Part shown: positions 50,831 through 59,145 of the stretch, piece by piece
Numbering within the stretch: the stretch's first letter is position 1
Layout of the letters: every line of letters starts with the position of its first letter
Assembly (NCBI GenBank): GCA_037146775.1
Contig: JBAWWL010000002.1
Coordinates: 198,554 to 262,553 of the forward strand
Reading direction: 5' to 3'
Source: Candidatus Omnitrophota bacterium
Lineage (GTDB): Bacteria; Omnitrophota; Gorgyraeia; Duberdicusellales; 4484-171
DNA length: 64,000 nucleotides
Made by a program: the position numbers and the translations under genes
Notes under the pieces: generated by a model
Seen by the model: only the letters and a program-made list of their open reading frames with translations
The model's database searches: none
Told to the model about the DNA's origin: nothing

Positions 50831-53533
50831 GTGGTGTGCAGAGAAGATTTCAATCAATCCTCACGTAAATCCAATTCTTTCATATTTAAAATCACCTTAT
50901 TCAGTGCTATTCTTCTAATTCCACTTGTTGCCTCTACTGAATATCTTTGGGCAATCAGCTTCATCATTCTTTTAGGAAGTATTACCTTATTGGTGATTGC
51001 CTTGGATATTTTTCATTCCAAGCGCATTGAATTTATTCCAACCTTCATTCTTCCCCTTATTTTATTTTTACTCATCTATTTTCTCATCACCCTAATATCT
51101 CTCCCAGCCTTTATTTTGCAATTTCTCTCCCTCCGTGCCTTCGCTATCTATAGCAACTATTTGCCCCCCGCTTCGCCTACCAACCTACCAACATCTTTGT
51201 ATACCAACATACCAACATATCAACCTACTAACCTATTTACCCTTTATCCTATTAGCCTATACCCACACAATACGCTCGTAGGCTTAGGTGTAGCACTATC
51301 TTTTTTCGCCATATTTCTATTCCTCATTAATAATCTCGACAGTTTTCGTTTAAGGATAAAGATAGTAAAAACAATTATTTTTTCTGCTACTCTCGTAACT
51401 TGCTTAGGAATTATTAATATGCTAATTCAGAATAAAAAATTGTTCTGGTTTATAGATATAATATCCGGTACACCCACAGGCCCTTTTATTAATACCATTC
51501 ACTTCGCCTCATTCGTGGCGCTCTATATACCTTTGGTATTGGGCATATGGGTTGGTAAAATTGATTTTCATATAAAAGATTGTAAATTCGGCAAAGCTAA
51601 GTCAATGCTCTATAAGTTCATAATATTTATAAAAAATTCAATTATCTATTTACTCCCGGCTTTGTTGATGATATTCGCTTTATTTAAGTCGCTTTCCCGC
51701 GGAGCAATGTTAGCTTTTTGTACTTCAATGTTTATCTTTGTATTGCTTATAGCTTTTAAATCAAAAACTCGTCTACGCGCTATCATTCTTCTAGTTTTTA
51801 CTTTTTCGTTTTTAGCTTTGACTTTCTATGTCGACTCGTTTAATATCAAATCCAAAATATTGTCATTAACCAATAGTCAAGGCGAAAACGCCATATTCAA
51901 CCAAGATATAACAGAAAGAATTTCTACACTTAAACACCCGTTGCAAACCGATAGTGCAAAGACGCGTTTTAGTGTTTGGCGTGATACTCTTAAGATATTT
52001 TCTGATTTTCCGTTATTTGGCACAGGCCTAAATACTTTTAGCATTATTTTTCCTAAATATAAGACTATCTATGGTTCTGGAAAAATGTTTTTTACTCACT
52101 CCGAGAATGATTATGTTGAAACTCTATCTGAAGTTGGTTTATTAGGTATAATACCAATATTATTAATCTTGATAATCTTTTTAAGAAACACATTCATAAA
52201 TTTTAAATTAGAAACCGACTCTCTAAAAATTGGTATTATTTCTGGTGGCATCGCTTCCGTTTTTGCGCTTCTTTTTTGCGCATTAACCGATTTTTCTTTC
52301 CATATCCCTTCTGTTAGTTTTATTTTTATGCTTATCTGTTTCGTAATTTGGCCAAAGACAAAAAAAAGAAAAATTATCTCATTTAATGATATGGTGGGCA
52401 GGAAGAAACCTATAGCTATTGTGGTATTGCTATTTTTAGTGGCAATATTTATGTTTATATTTTCTGTTCAACTATTATTAGGCGAAATATATTTCTATAA
52501 ATTTAATTATTCTCAAGATAGCTTTCAGGTTAAACAAAACTATATTAAAAAAGCTGTCTTTTTTAATAATGGTAATGCGGAATATAGGTACTCTTTAGGA
52601 AAAATTTATTTTGATCAAGCGACTTTGCTAAGGAATAAAGATGAAGCTGCAGCTTTAGAGCTTATCAAACAGGCGAAAACAGAATTTGAAAAAGCGATAA
52701 TTTTGCAACCTACTCATTGGAAGTACCATTTTTTTAACGGCTCAGCTGAACTTATTCTTGTTTCTTCTCGGGTCAAGGGCTATTCTTTTAACAATGCTGA
52801 ATCTTCCTTTGAAAAAGCCTTAAGTCTAAATCCTACAGAATACGATATATACGGTTATTTAGCTAATTACTATTTGCCTTTTGATTCAGAAAAAGCATTT
52901 AAGTATTATCGTAAGCTTATCATGCTTAGGCCATATTATTTAGGTAGTATATTAGATACTATTTGGAAAATAAACAATAATCCTGACTTTATCCGAGAAG
53001 CCATTCCCAGTACTCCAAGGTTAATAGCGCAATACGCTGATTTTTTAAAATCTAAAGGTATCAATTCTGCTAAATTCTATAAAGAATCTGCTTTTCTCGC
53101 GTCTCCTTCCGCAAAAAATAAAGAAGACCAACTTGCTATCGCCCAAAAGCTCGCTCTTTCCAATGGTTTCAAGGACGCTTTTGATTATTTCCTTGATTCT
53201 TTACAGTCAAGTAGCTTTTTCCAAAAGAATAAAGAACAATTTATCATCCCGACATATTCTAGTGAACAACTTATAAAAGAAGAGGAGAATGTCAGCACAT
53301 TACAAAAAACACTTTCTCCCGACGATCCTCAGCTAACATATAAATTAGCCCTTTTCCATTATCAGCTAAAGGACTATAATAAAGCTTCTGAATACTTTAT
53401 GAAATTACTAAAAATCTCTCCCAACAACCCCTTTCTGCGCTTCCACCTCGCTATGGCATTGTATAAGAGGGGAGAGCATAAAGAGGCGTACGAGGAGCTC
53501 AGGCAGGCTATTACTTTGATTAATGACAGATGA
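50831..53533 (+). CDS. O-antigen ligase/polymerase-like (Wzy_C) polytopic membrane protein with a C-terminal TPR domain; start uncertain
   Basis: Many TM helices then a TPR-like C-terminus (YFMKLLKISPNNPFLRFHLAMALYKRGEHKEAYEEL). The first ~140 codons include a repeat-derived low-complexity stretch (PTNLPTSLYTNIPTYQPTNL) encoded by the CCAACMTA array at 51170-51250. Confidence 0.55.
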   Translation: MVCREDFNQSSRKSNSFIFKITLFSAILLIPLVASTEYLWAISFIILLGSITLLVIALDIFHSKRIEFIPTFILPLILFLLIYFLITLISLPAFILQFLSLRAFAIYSNYLPPASPTNLPTSLYTNIPTYQPTNLFTLYPISLYPHNTLVGLGVALSFFAIFLFLINNLDSFRLRIKIVKTIIFSATLVTCLGIINMLIQNKKLFWFIDIISGTPTGPFINTIHFASFVALYIPLVLGIWVGKIDFHIKDCKFGKAKSMLYKFIIFIKNSIIYLLPALLMIFALFKSLSRGAMLAFCTSMFIFVLLIAFKSKTRLRAIILLVFTFSFLALTFYVDSFNIKSKILSLTNSQGENAIFNQDITERISTLKHPLQTDSAKTRFSVWRDTLKIFSDFPLFGTGLNTFSIIFPKYKTIYGSGKMFFTHSENDYVETLSEVGLLGIIPILLILIIFLRNTFINFKLETDSLKIGIISGGIASVFALLFCALTDFSFHIPSVSFIFMLICFVIWPKTKKRKIISFNDMVGRKKPIAIVVLLFLVAIFMFIFSVQLLLGEIYFYKFNYSQDSFQVKQNYIKKAVFFNNGNAEYRYSLGKIYFDQATLLRNKDEAAALELIKQAKTEFEKAIILQPTHWKYHFFNGSAELILVSSRVKGYSFNNAESSFEKALSLNPTEYDIYGYLANYYLPFDSEKAFKYYRKLIMLRPYYLGSILDTIWKINNNPDFIREAIPSTPRLIAQYADFLKSKGINSAKFYKESAFLASPSAKNKEDQLAIAQKLALSNGFKDAFDYFLDSLQSSSFFQKNKEQFIIPTYSSEQLIKEEENVSTLQKTLSPDDPQLTYKLALFHYQLKDYNKASEYFMKLLKISPNNPFLRFHLAMALYKRGEHKEAYEELRQAITLINDR

Positions 53534-53542
53534 CAAGATATA

Positions 53543-53566
53543 CAATGACAAATTACAAAGCTCAAA
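53543..53566 (+). repeat. Left arm of a ~24-bp inverted repeat bracketing 4HB gene 1 (partner at ~54016-54039)
   Basis: AATGACAAATTACAAAGCTCAAAT versus the reverse complement of downstream ATTTGAATTTTGTACTTTGTCATT (21/24). Additional ATGACAA copies upstream and TTTGTCAT copies downstream. Confidence 0.5.
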
Positions 53567-53615
53567 TGACAAATAATATCAGACTAACAAAAGTCACTTA
53601 ATAACAAAGGTCAAA

Positions 53616-53987
53616 ATGGAAATGACAAAAGGTATAGTTGGAGATAATAAATTTGACCTTGAAGGTAGAACGTTGATTTTTGCTAAAAATTGCATTGATT
53701 TGTGTAAAATGTTGATGTGCGACACTATAAACAGGGAATTAATAAGCCAGCTTGTAAGGGCTTCTGGCTCAGTAGGTGCAAACTATCGAGAAGCGAACGA
53801 AGCTCTAACAAAAAAAGATTTTTTCCACCGCATTGGAATATGCAGAAAAGAGGCTAAGGAAAGCAAATACTGGTTAGAATTATTGTCACATACTAATCCA
53901 AAGCTTTCTAATAAAATTGAGGTATTAGCTGACGAAGCATTGCAATTAGCGCGTATTTTCTCAGCTATAGTAAAAAAACGCGTCTAG
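53616..53987 (+). CDS. Four-helix-bundle protein (PF05635/TIGR02436 family: 23S rRNA IVS protein / DGR Avd-like)
   Basis: QLVRASGSVGANYREA..KKDF...CRKEAKESKYWLELL matches the family consensus. It is paralogous to 55638-56003 and 57310-57711. Confidence 0.65.
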   Translation: MEMTKGIVGDNKFDLEGRTLIFAKNCIDLCKMLMCDTINRELISQLVRASGSVGANYREANEALTKKDFFHRIGICRKEAKESKYWLELLSHTNPKLSNKIEVLADEALQLARIFSAIVKKRV

Positions 53988-54127
53988 TTTTTCCTTTCGT
54001 ACTTTTTTGTTATTTGAATTTTGTACTTTGTCATTAACCAATATTTGACATTTGAATTTTGTAATTTGTTCTTAGTTCATTTGTCCTTTGTGCTTTGTCA
54101 TTTGTCATTTTAACCGTAGGTTAACCC

Positions 54128-55519
54128 ATGTTCATAAGTAGTCGTAAATCGTTTCTCACCGGCAAGTCCAAGCTTATCTTCATCGATATTCTGGCTCTGT
54201 GTCTTTCTGTTTATTTAGCAACTATTATTCGAATTGGCTGGGAAGACGCAAATCGTTATATCAGCTTAAAGCTCTTGCCTCTTGGTTTCGGTATTTTTAT
54301 CTTTCTTACCTTATTTTATCTTCATGGTTTATATGAACTGCATTTTTTTGATACTTACTTAAAGCTTATCTCACGAGTAATATCTGCAGTTCTCCTTGGT
54401 ATTTTAATCTATACTTTTATTTTTTATGCTGTATTTACGTTTGCTATAGGTAGAGGTGTATTTACCTTAATGGCATTGCTCATCGCTACATTTGTTTTTT
54501 TCCCCAGAATATTTTATATCTCGGTTGCCAAAAGAAATATTTTAGGTGAAAAAGTAATTATAGTAGGTACTGGTGAAGCAGCTTTTGACATCATCAATAT
54601 TATAGATAAGCACCCCACTTGTCCTTATAGAATAATCGGTGTTATTAGTGAAAAAGAAAAAGAAACTATCTCTAGCTTTGGGCACCATCAACTTATGGGT
54701 TCCATTGATGATATTGATCAAATCGCCGAGCAAAATAAAATTGACACAATCATAATTACAACTCTAGAGCCAAGGCGTTCCAAAATATTAAAACATTTAA
54801 GAGTATGTCGTTATCATGGTGTGCGTATTATCGATAGTGTTTCTTTATATGAAGAGATTGAGGGTAGAGTTCCTCTGCAATATATAGATGATGAATGGCT
54901 ATTTTCTTCCAACATGAATTATTCTAACTTTCACATCAAAAAATTAAAAAGGTTAATGGATATTATTGGTTCTTCGATTGGTATTATTCTCGTTTTCCCT
55001 TTATGCCTTGTCGTGAGTATTCTTATCAAGTTTGATTCAATCGGGCCTATTTTCTATCGACAAAAAAGATTAAGTCGAGATGGCAGGATTTTTCGCTTGC
55101 TCAAATTTCGCTCAATGATTCATCGTGCCGAGCGAGGATTGGGCGGTCCGGTGTGGTCACAAACAAATGATAACCGTATCACTCGAGTGGGTAAATGGAT
55201 GCGTAAAACTAGAATTGATGAAATTCCCCAGCTTATTAATGTGTTTTTAGGCCACATGAGTCTAGTGGGTCCTCGACCTGAACGCCCCGCTTTTATTAAA
55301 GAACTATCTGAAAAAATTCCCTTTTACTTAGAAAGGCTTTACGTTCAACCTGGCTTAACCGGCTGGGCGCAAATTAACTATCCTTATACCGCTACAATAG
55401 AGGAGTCAAGAATAAAACTGCAATACGATTTATACTACATCAAACACGTCTCCTTTTTGTTAGACTGCCTTATTCTATTGAAAACCATCAAAATCGTCCT
55501 TCTCAGCCGCGGCCGTTAG
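54128..55519 (+). CDS. Undecaprenyl-phosphate sugar phosphotransferase (WbaP/WcaJ-type priming glycosyltransferase)
   Basis: Five TM helices, then a C-terminal bacterial sugar transferase domain ([25 protein letters not shown]...[21 protein letters not shown]). Confidence 0.8.
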   Translation: MFISSRKSFLTGKSKLIFIDILALCLSVYLATIIRIGWEDANRYISLKLLPLGFGIFIFLTLFYLHGLYELHFFDTYLKLISRVISAVLLGILIYTFIFYAVFTFAIGRGVFTLMALLIATFVFFPRIFYISVAKRNILGEKVIIVGTGEAAFDIINIIDKHPTCPYRIIGVISEKEKETISSFGHHQLMGSIDDIDQIAEQNKIDTIIITTLEPRRSKILKHLRVCRYHGVRIIDSVSLYEEIEGRVPLQYIDDEWLFSSNMNYSNFHIKKLKRLMDIIGSSIGIILVFPLCLVVSILIKFDSIGPIFYRQKRLSRDGRIFRLLKFRSMIHRAERGLGGPVWSQTNDNRITRVGKWMRKTRIDEIPQLINVFLGHMSLVGPRPERPAFIKELSEKIPFYLERLYVQPGLTGWAQINYPYTATIEESRIKLQYDLYYIKHVSFLLDCLILLKTIKIVLLSRGR

Positions 55520-55602
55520 CTATTTACCCATATAAACCCTGTCTTATTTCCGACGTGGATTGTATTGACGCATTGTGATATGTTATGATATAATTAAAAC
55601 TT

Positions 55603-55616
55603 AAAAGTAAAAAGTC
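55603..55616 (+). repeat. Left arm of a 14-bp inverted repeat bracketing 4HB gene 2 (partner at ~56022-56036), with further TTTTAACTTTT / TTTACCTTTTTCGTTTTAAC tandem copies downstream to 56180
   Basis: TTAAAAGTAAAAAG upstream. CTTTTTACTTTTAA downstream. Confidence 0.45.
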
Positions 55617-55637
55617 AAAACTAAAAATATAAGTTAA

Positions 55638-56003
55638 ATGGAGAATAAAGTTTACGATTTAAAGAAACGTACGTATGTGTTTGCTTTAGATGTTATTAGG
55701 TTTCTTGAAAGTTTACCAAAGGATTATATTTCTATTGTTATCGGGAAACAGTTGTTACGCTCAGCAACTTCTGTGGGAGCGAATGTGGTCGAGGCGCAGG
55801 CTTCTAGCTCCAAGAAGGATTTTATAAATTTCTATAATTATTCATTAAAATCCGCAAACGAAACAATATTCTGGCTAAGTTTACTTAAGGATGCAAATAG
55901 AGATCCTAATCAGAAAATACCTCTTCTTCTAAGCGAAACACAGCAGCTCTCAAAAATTCTTGCTGCAAGCATTCTGACAATGAAAGGAAAGAGAAAGCCT
56001 TGA
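55638..56003 (+). CDS. Four-helix-bundle protein (PF05635 family), paralogue 2
   Basis: QLLRSATSVGANVVEAQ..SKKDF..NETIFWLSLL. Confidence 0.65.
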   Translation: MENKVYDLKKRTYVFALDVIRFLESLPKDYISIVIGKQLLRSATSVGANVVEAQASSSKKDFINFYNYSLKSANETIFWLSLLKDANRDPNQKIPLLLSETQQLSKILAASILTMKGKRKP

Positions 56004-56182
56004 ATTTAAATTTTCGCTCTAACTTTTTACTTTTAACTTATTTTATTCAGTGGATTACTTTTTCGCGTTTTGATTTTTAACTTTTACCTTTATTTCGTTT
56101 TACCTTTTTCGTTTTAACTTTTAACGTTTCTGTTCAAAGTATTCACTTTTACCTTTTTCGTTTTAACTTTTAACTTAATAAT

Positions 56183-56419
56183 ATGACCGTCAACGATAAT
56201 GAAATCTACACCTTAGAAGAAGCTCAGTCTATATTAAAGATCAGTCGCTCCACCCTATTGCGTCTTATCAAGAAAGGTCTAATTAAAACCGCAAAAGTCG
56301 GCCGTCAATATCGAATCTGGGGTAATGAAATTCTGCACATCATGTCCCCATCTTTAGAAGGCAAAGTCCGTAAAGAGTATAGGAAAAGTAGGGAATGGTT
56401 GTATAAAGGCATAAGTTGA
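56183..56419 (+). CDS. Excisionase-family / MerR-like helix-turn-helix DNA-binding protein
   Basis: YTLEEAQSILKISRSTLLRLIKKGLIKTAKVGRQYRI matches the excisionase-family DNA-binding domain pattern. Confidence 0.5.
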   Translation: MTVNDNEIYTLEEAQSILKISRSTLLRLIKKGLIKTAKVGRQYRIWGNEILHIMSPSLEGKVRKEYRKSREWLYKGIS

Positions 56420-56452
56420 TAGGCCTTATGTTTTTAGGCATAGGAGGTTAAT

Positions 56453-57286
56453 TTGGACAACACTTCGCAAAAAACTATTGTTATCGAAGCAGGCCGGACG
56501 AGGGGATTATATTGGAGAGATCTTTGGCATTATCGTGCATTATTTTATTTCTTATCTTGGCGGGACATTCTTGTCAGGTATAAACAAACAGTTATTGGTA
56601 TTGCTTGGAGCGTTATCAGGCCATTGCTTACCATGGTTGTCTTCACTTTTGTATTCAGCAAATTAGCGAAATTTCCTTCTGAAGGCGTTCCATATCCTAT
56701 CCTGGTCTTTACCGCTATGCTTCCTTGGCAATTTTTTGCGAATGCTCTTAGCGAAAGCAGTAATTCCCTTATTACTAACGCTAATATGCTTACCAAAGTT
56801 TATTTTCCGCGGCTCATCGTTCCCGTAAGCACCATTATCGTTTGTCTAGTTGATTTTATTATATCATTGTTACTTCTTGTTGTGCTTATGGTGATATATA
56901 AGTTTACCCCTTCTTTAAATATTTTAATACTGCCACTATTTCTTCTTCTGTTGCTGATTTTTTCTCTTGGTCTAGGTCTTTATATATCAGCATTAAATGT
57001 AAAGTATAGAGATTTCCGTTACGTCGTTCCTTTTATCGTCCAGTTCGGACTTTATATTTCACCCGTTGGTTTTAGCTCAAGCGTTGTTCCTGATAAGTGG
57101 AAATTATTTTATTATTTGAATCCAATGGTAGGAATAATTGATAGTTTCAGATGGGCAATCCTTGGAGAGAGTGTTCATATCTATTGGCCGGGATTTATCC
57201 TTTCTATTATCTTATCTGTAGTTATTTTCATTTTTGGTTTACTGTATTTTCGTAAAACCGAACGCACGTTTGCTGATATTATATAA
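56453..57286 (+). CDS. ABC-2 type polysaccharide export permease (Wzm/KpsM-like)
   Basis: GLYWRDLWHYRALFYFLSWRDILVRYKQTVIGIAWSVIRPLL and six TM helices. Confidence 0.7.
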   Translation: MDNTSQKTIVIEAGRTRGLYWRDLWHYRALFYFLSWRDILVRYKQTVIGIAWSVIRPLLTMVVFTFVFSKLAKFPSEGVPYPILVFTAMLPWQFFANALSESSNSLITNANMLTKVYFPRLIVPVSTIIVCLVDFIISLLLLVVLMVIYKFTPSLNILILPLFLLLLLIFSLGLGLYISALNVKYRDFRYVVPFIVQFGLYISPVGFSSSVVPDKWKLFYYLNPMVGIIDSFRWAILGESVHIYWPGFILSIILSVVIFIFGLLYFRKTERTFADII

Positions 57287-57300
57287 TGAATTCTTTGTTA

Positions 57301-57326
57301 TAGTTACCAATGTCCAATGAGCTAAT
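57301..57326 (+). repeat. Left arm of a ~25-bp inverted repeat bracketing 4HB gene 3 (partner at ~57757-57781)
   Basis: CAATGTCCAATGAGCTAATGACGAAT versus the reverse complement of downstream ATTCGTCATTCGGATTTGGACATTG, which is CAATGTCCAAATCCGAATGACGAAT. Confidence 0.55.
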
Positions 57327-57711
57327 GACGAATAAAATATCAATGATTCAAGCCAACAATAGTAAATACGATTTACGTGAGCGAACAGCAAAGTTTGGCG
57401 AAAATGTCATTAATTTTGCTAAAAGAATTCCAGAGTCTACTATAAACCGGCCCTTGATAAGTCAGTTAGTAAGAGCGGCTACAAGCGTGGGCGCAAATTA
57501 CTGCGAAGCAGATGATGCTACCACTAAGAAGGATTTCCTATACAGAATTGCTGTGTGCAGAAAGGAGTCTAAAGAGTCCAAGCATTGGTTGCGGATGGTA
57601 ACGATGGCTATTCCGGCGTTGAAGGATGAAGCGAATTTGTTATCTAATGAAGCGCAGGAATTGAATCTTATTTTTTCTGCGATTATCAATAAAGGAAAAG
57701 CTAAATCTTGA
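57310..57711 (+). CDS. Four-helix-bundle protein (PF05635 family), paralogue 3
   Basis: QLVRAATSVGANYCEA..KKDF..CRKESKESKHWLRMV. Confidence 0.65.
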   Translation: MSNELMTNKISMIQANNSKYDLRERTAKFGENVINFAKRIPESTINRPLISQLVRAATSVGANYCEADDATTKKDFLYRIAVCRKESKESKHWLRMVTMAIPALKDEANLLSNEAQELNLIFSAIINKGKAKS

Positions 57712-57810
57712 TAGGCTAATTTGTCATTTTGACTTGTTCATTGGGATTTCAGTATAGTTCATTCGTCATTCGGATTTGGACATTGTGATTTTAGTTTAGA
57801 CTTTAAGTTT

Positions 57811-59070
57811 ATGAGTACGGTCATCAAAGTCGAAAATCTAGGCAAAAGATACGTTATAAGTCACCAAGAGCAACAGCGCTATCGGACTCTTCGTGATGTT
57901 GTTACTAATAAGTTTAAATCATTCGGCAAGAAGACGGCTTCGACCAAAGAGGAAATATGGGCGCTCAAAAATGTTTCGTTTGAAGTAAAGCAAGGAGAAA
58001 GAGTTGGCATTATCGGAAGGAACGGCGCGGGTAAATCCACTCTGTTAAAGCTATTAAGCAGAATAACCGAACCAACGAAAGGTAAGATTGGGCTGTGCGG
58101 CCGTGTGGGGAGCCTTCTTGAGGTTGGCACCGGTTTTCATCCTGAGTTGACCGGGAGGGAGAATATATATCTTAATGGCGCCATCCTAGGTATGTCAAAA
58201 TCGGACATACGCAAGAAATTTGATGATATTGTTGCTTTCGCGGAAATTGATAAATTTCTTGATACGCCAGTTAAGCGGTATTCGTCAGGAATGTATGTCC
58301 GGCTTGCCTTTGCCGTTGCTGCCCACTTGGAACCAGAGATTCTTTTGGTGGATGAAGTTCTTGCCGTTGGTGACGTCTCATTCCAGAAGAAATGTTTAGG
58401 AAAAATGGAGGATGTGTCTCAAGAGGGCCGGACCCTCCTATTTGTAAGCCACGATCTGGTGGCGGTCAGAAAACTTTGTAAAAGAACTATCCTTTTATGT
58501 GATGGAAAAATAGAGAAAGATGGTTTTACCGACAGCGCTATTGATGCATATTTGAATTATTCCAGGAACGCGACAGAAGGATTGTATTGCTGGAATGAGC
58601 CTGCGGGTCGTCAGAAAGTTTGGCCTGTGCAATTAGAGATATTAGATGAATCGATGAATCGAATATCCAATATTCCTTTCGATAGTGCTGTAACCATAGC
58701 GCTAAGAATTAAAGTGTATGAAGCGTTTAGCTTCCAGGTGAGCCTTCGCATCACTAACAATCTTGCGATTCCCATCTTTTCTACTGAGCCAAGTCAAGAG
58801 CTTATGTTTTATAATCGCGGTTATTATAATTTCTCTCTTAAGTTGCCGTTCGCTTTATTGTCGCCAGGTTATTATCGTGTTGCGTTGGGTATCCATGATC
58901 CAGGAACAGAGGTATTTTTTTTCGAAGAGCAGATATTGTCGTGGCAAGTAATCGAGACGGGTACAAATATGGCAAAATACAAGAAATATCATGAAACAGG
59001 AGTAATTATTGTTGATATTCCCTGGGAAATAATTTATAACAAACAGGATGGCAAAATTGAACCGTGTTAA
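57811..59070 (+). CDS. Polysaccharide ABC exporter ATP-binding protein (Wzt-like) with a C-terminal glycan-binding domain, copy 1
   Basis: Walker A GRNGAGKST, signature YSSGMYVRLAFA, Walker B LLVDEVLAVGD, plus a ~200-aa beta-rich C-terminal extension (Wzt_C-like). Confidence 0.8.
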   Translation: MSTVIKVENLGKRYVISHQEQQRYRTLRDVVTNKFKSFGKKTASTKEEIWALKNVSFEVKQGERVGIIGRNGAGKSTLLKLLSRITEPTKGKIGLCGRVGSLLEVGTGFHPELTGRENIYLNGAILGMSKSDIRKKFDDIVAFAEIDKFLDTPVKRYSSGMYVRLAFAVAAHLEPEILLVDEVLAVGDVSFQKKCLGKMEDVSQEGRTLLFVSHDLVAVRKLCKRTILLCDGKIEKDGFTDSAIDAYLNYSRNATEGLYCWNEPAGRQKVWPVQLEILDESMNRISNIPFDSAVTIALRIKVYEAFSFQVSLRITNNLAIPIFSTEPSQELMFYNRGYYNFSLKLPFALLSPGYYRVALGIHDPGTEVFFFEEQILSWQVIETGTNMAKYKKYHETGVIIVDIPWEIIYNKQDGKIEPC

Positions 59071-59145
59071 GTATATCTGCATTCCTCTGTGTTCCAATGT
59101 ATCTGTGTTTAATAAATCTGCGCCAATCTGTGTTTTAAAAAAGGT

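Noticed and set aside
53616-57711. Diversity-generating retroelement (Avd-like four-helix-bundle proteins)
   Set aside because: No reverse transcriptase ORF (no YxDD-type protein) and no template/variable repeat pair were found anywhere in the window.
57879-58130. Identical 83-aa minus-strand ORFs (57879-58130 and 59214-59465)
   Set aside because: They are shadow ORFs lying antisense within the duplicated 5' halves of the two wzt genes. Their identity simply reflects the duplication.
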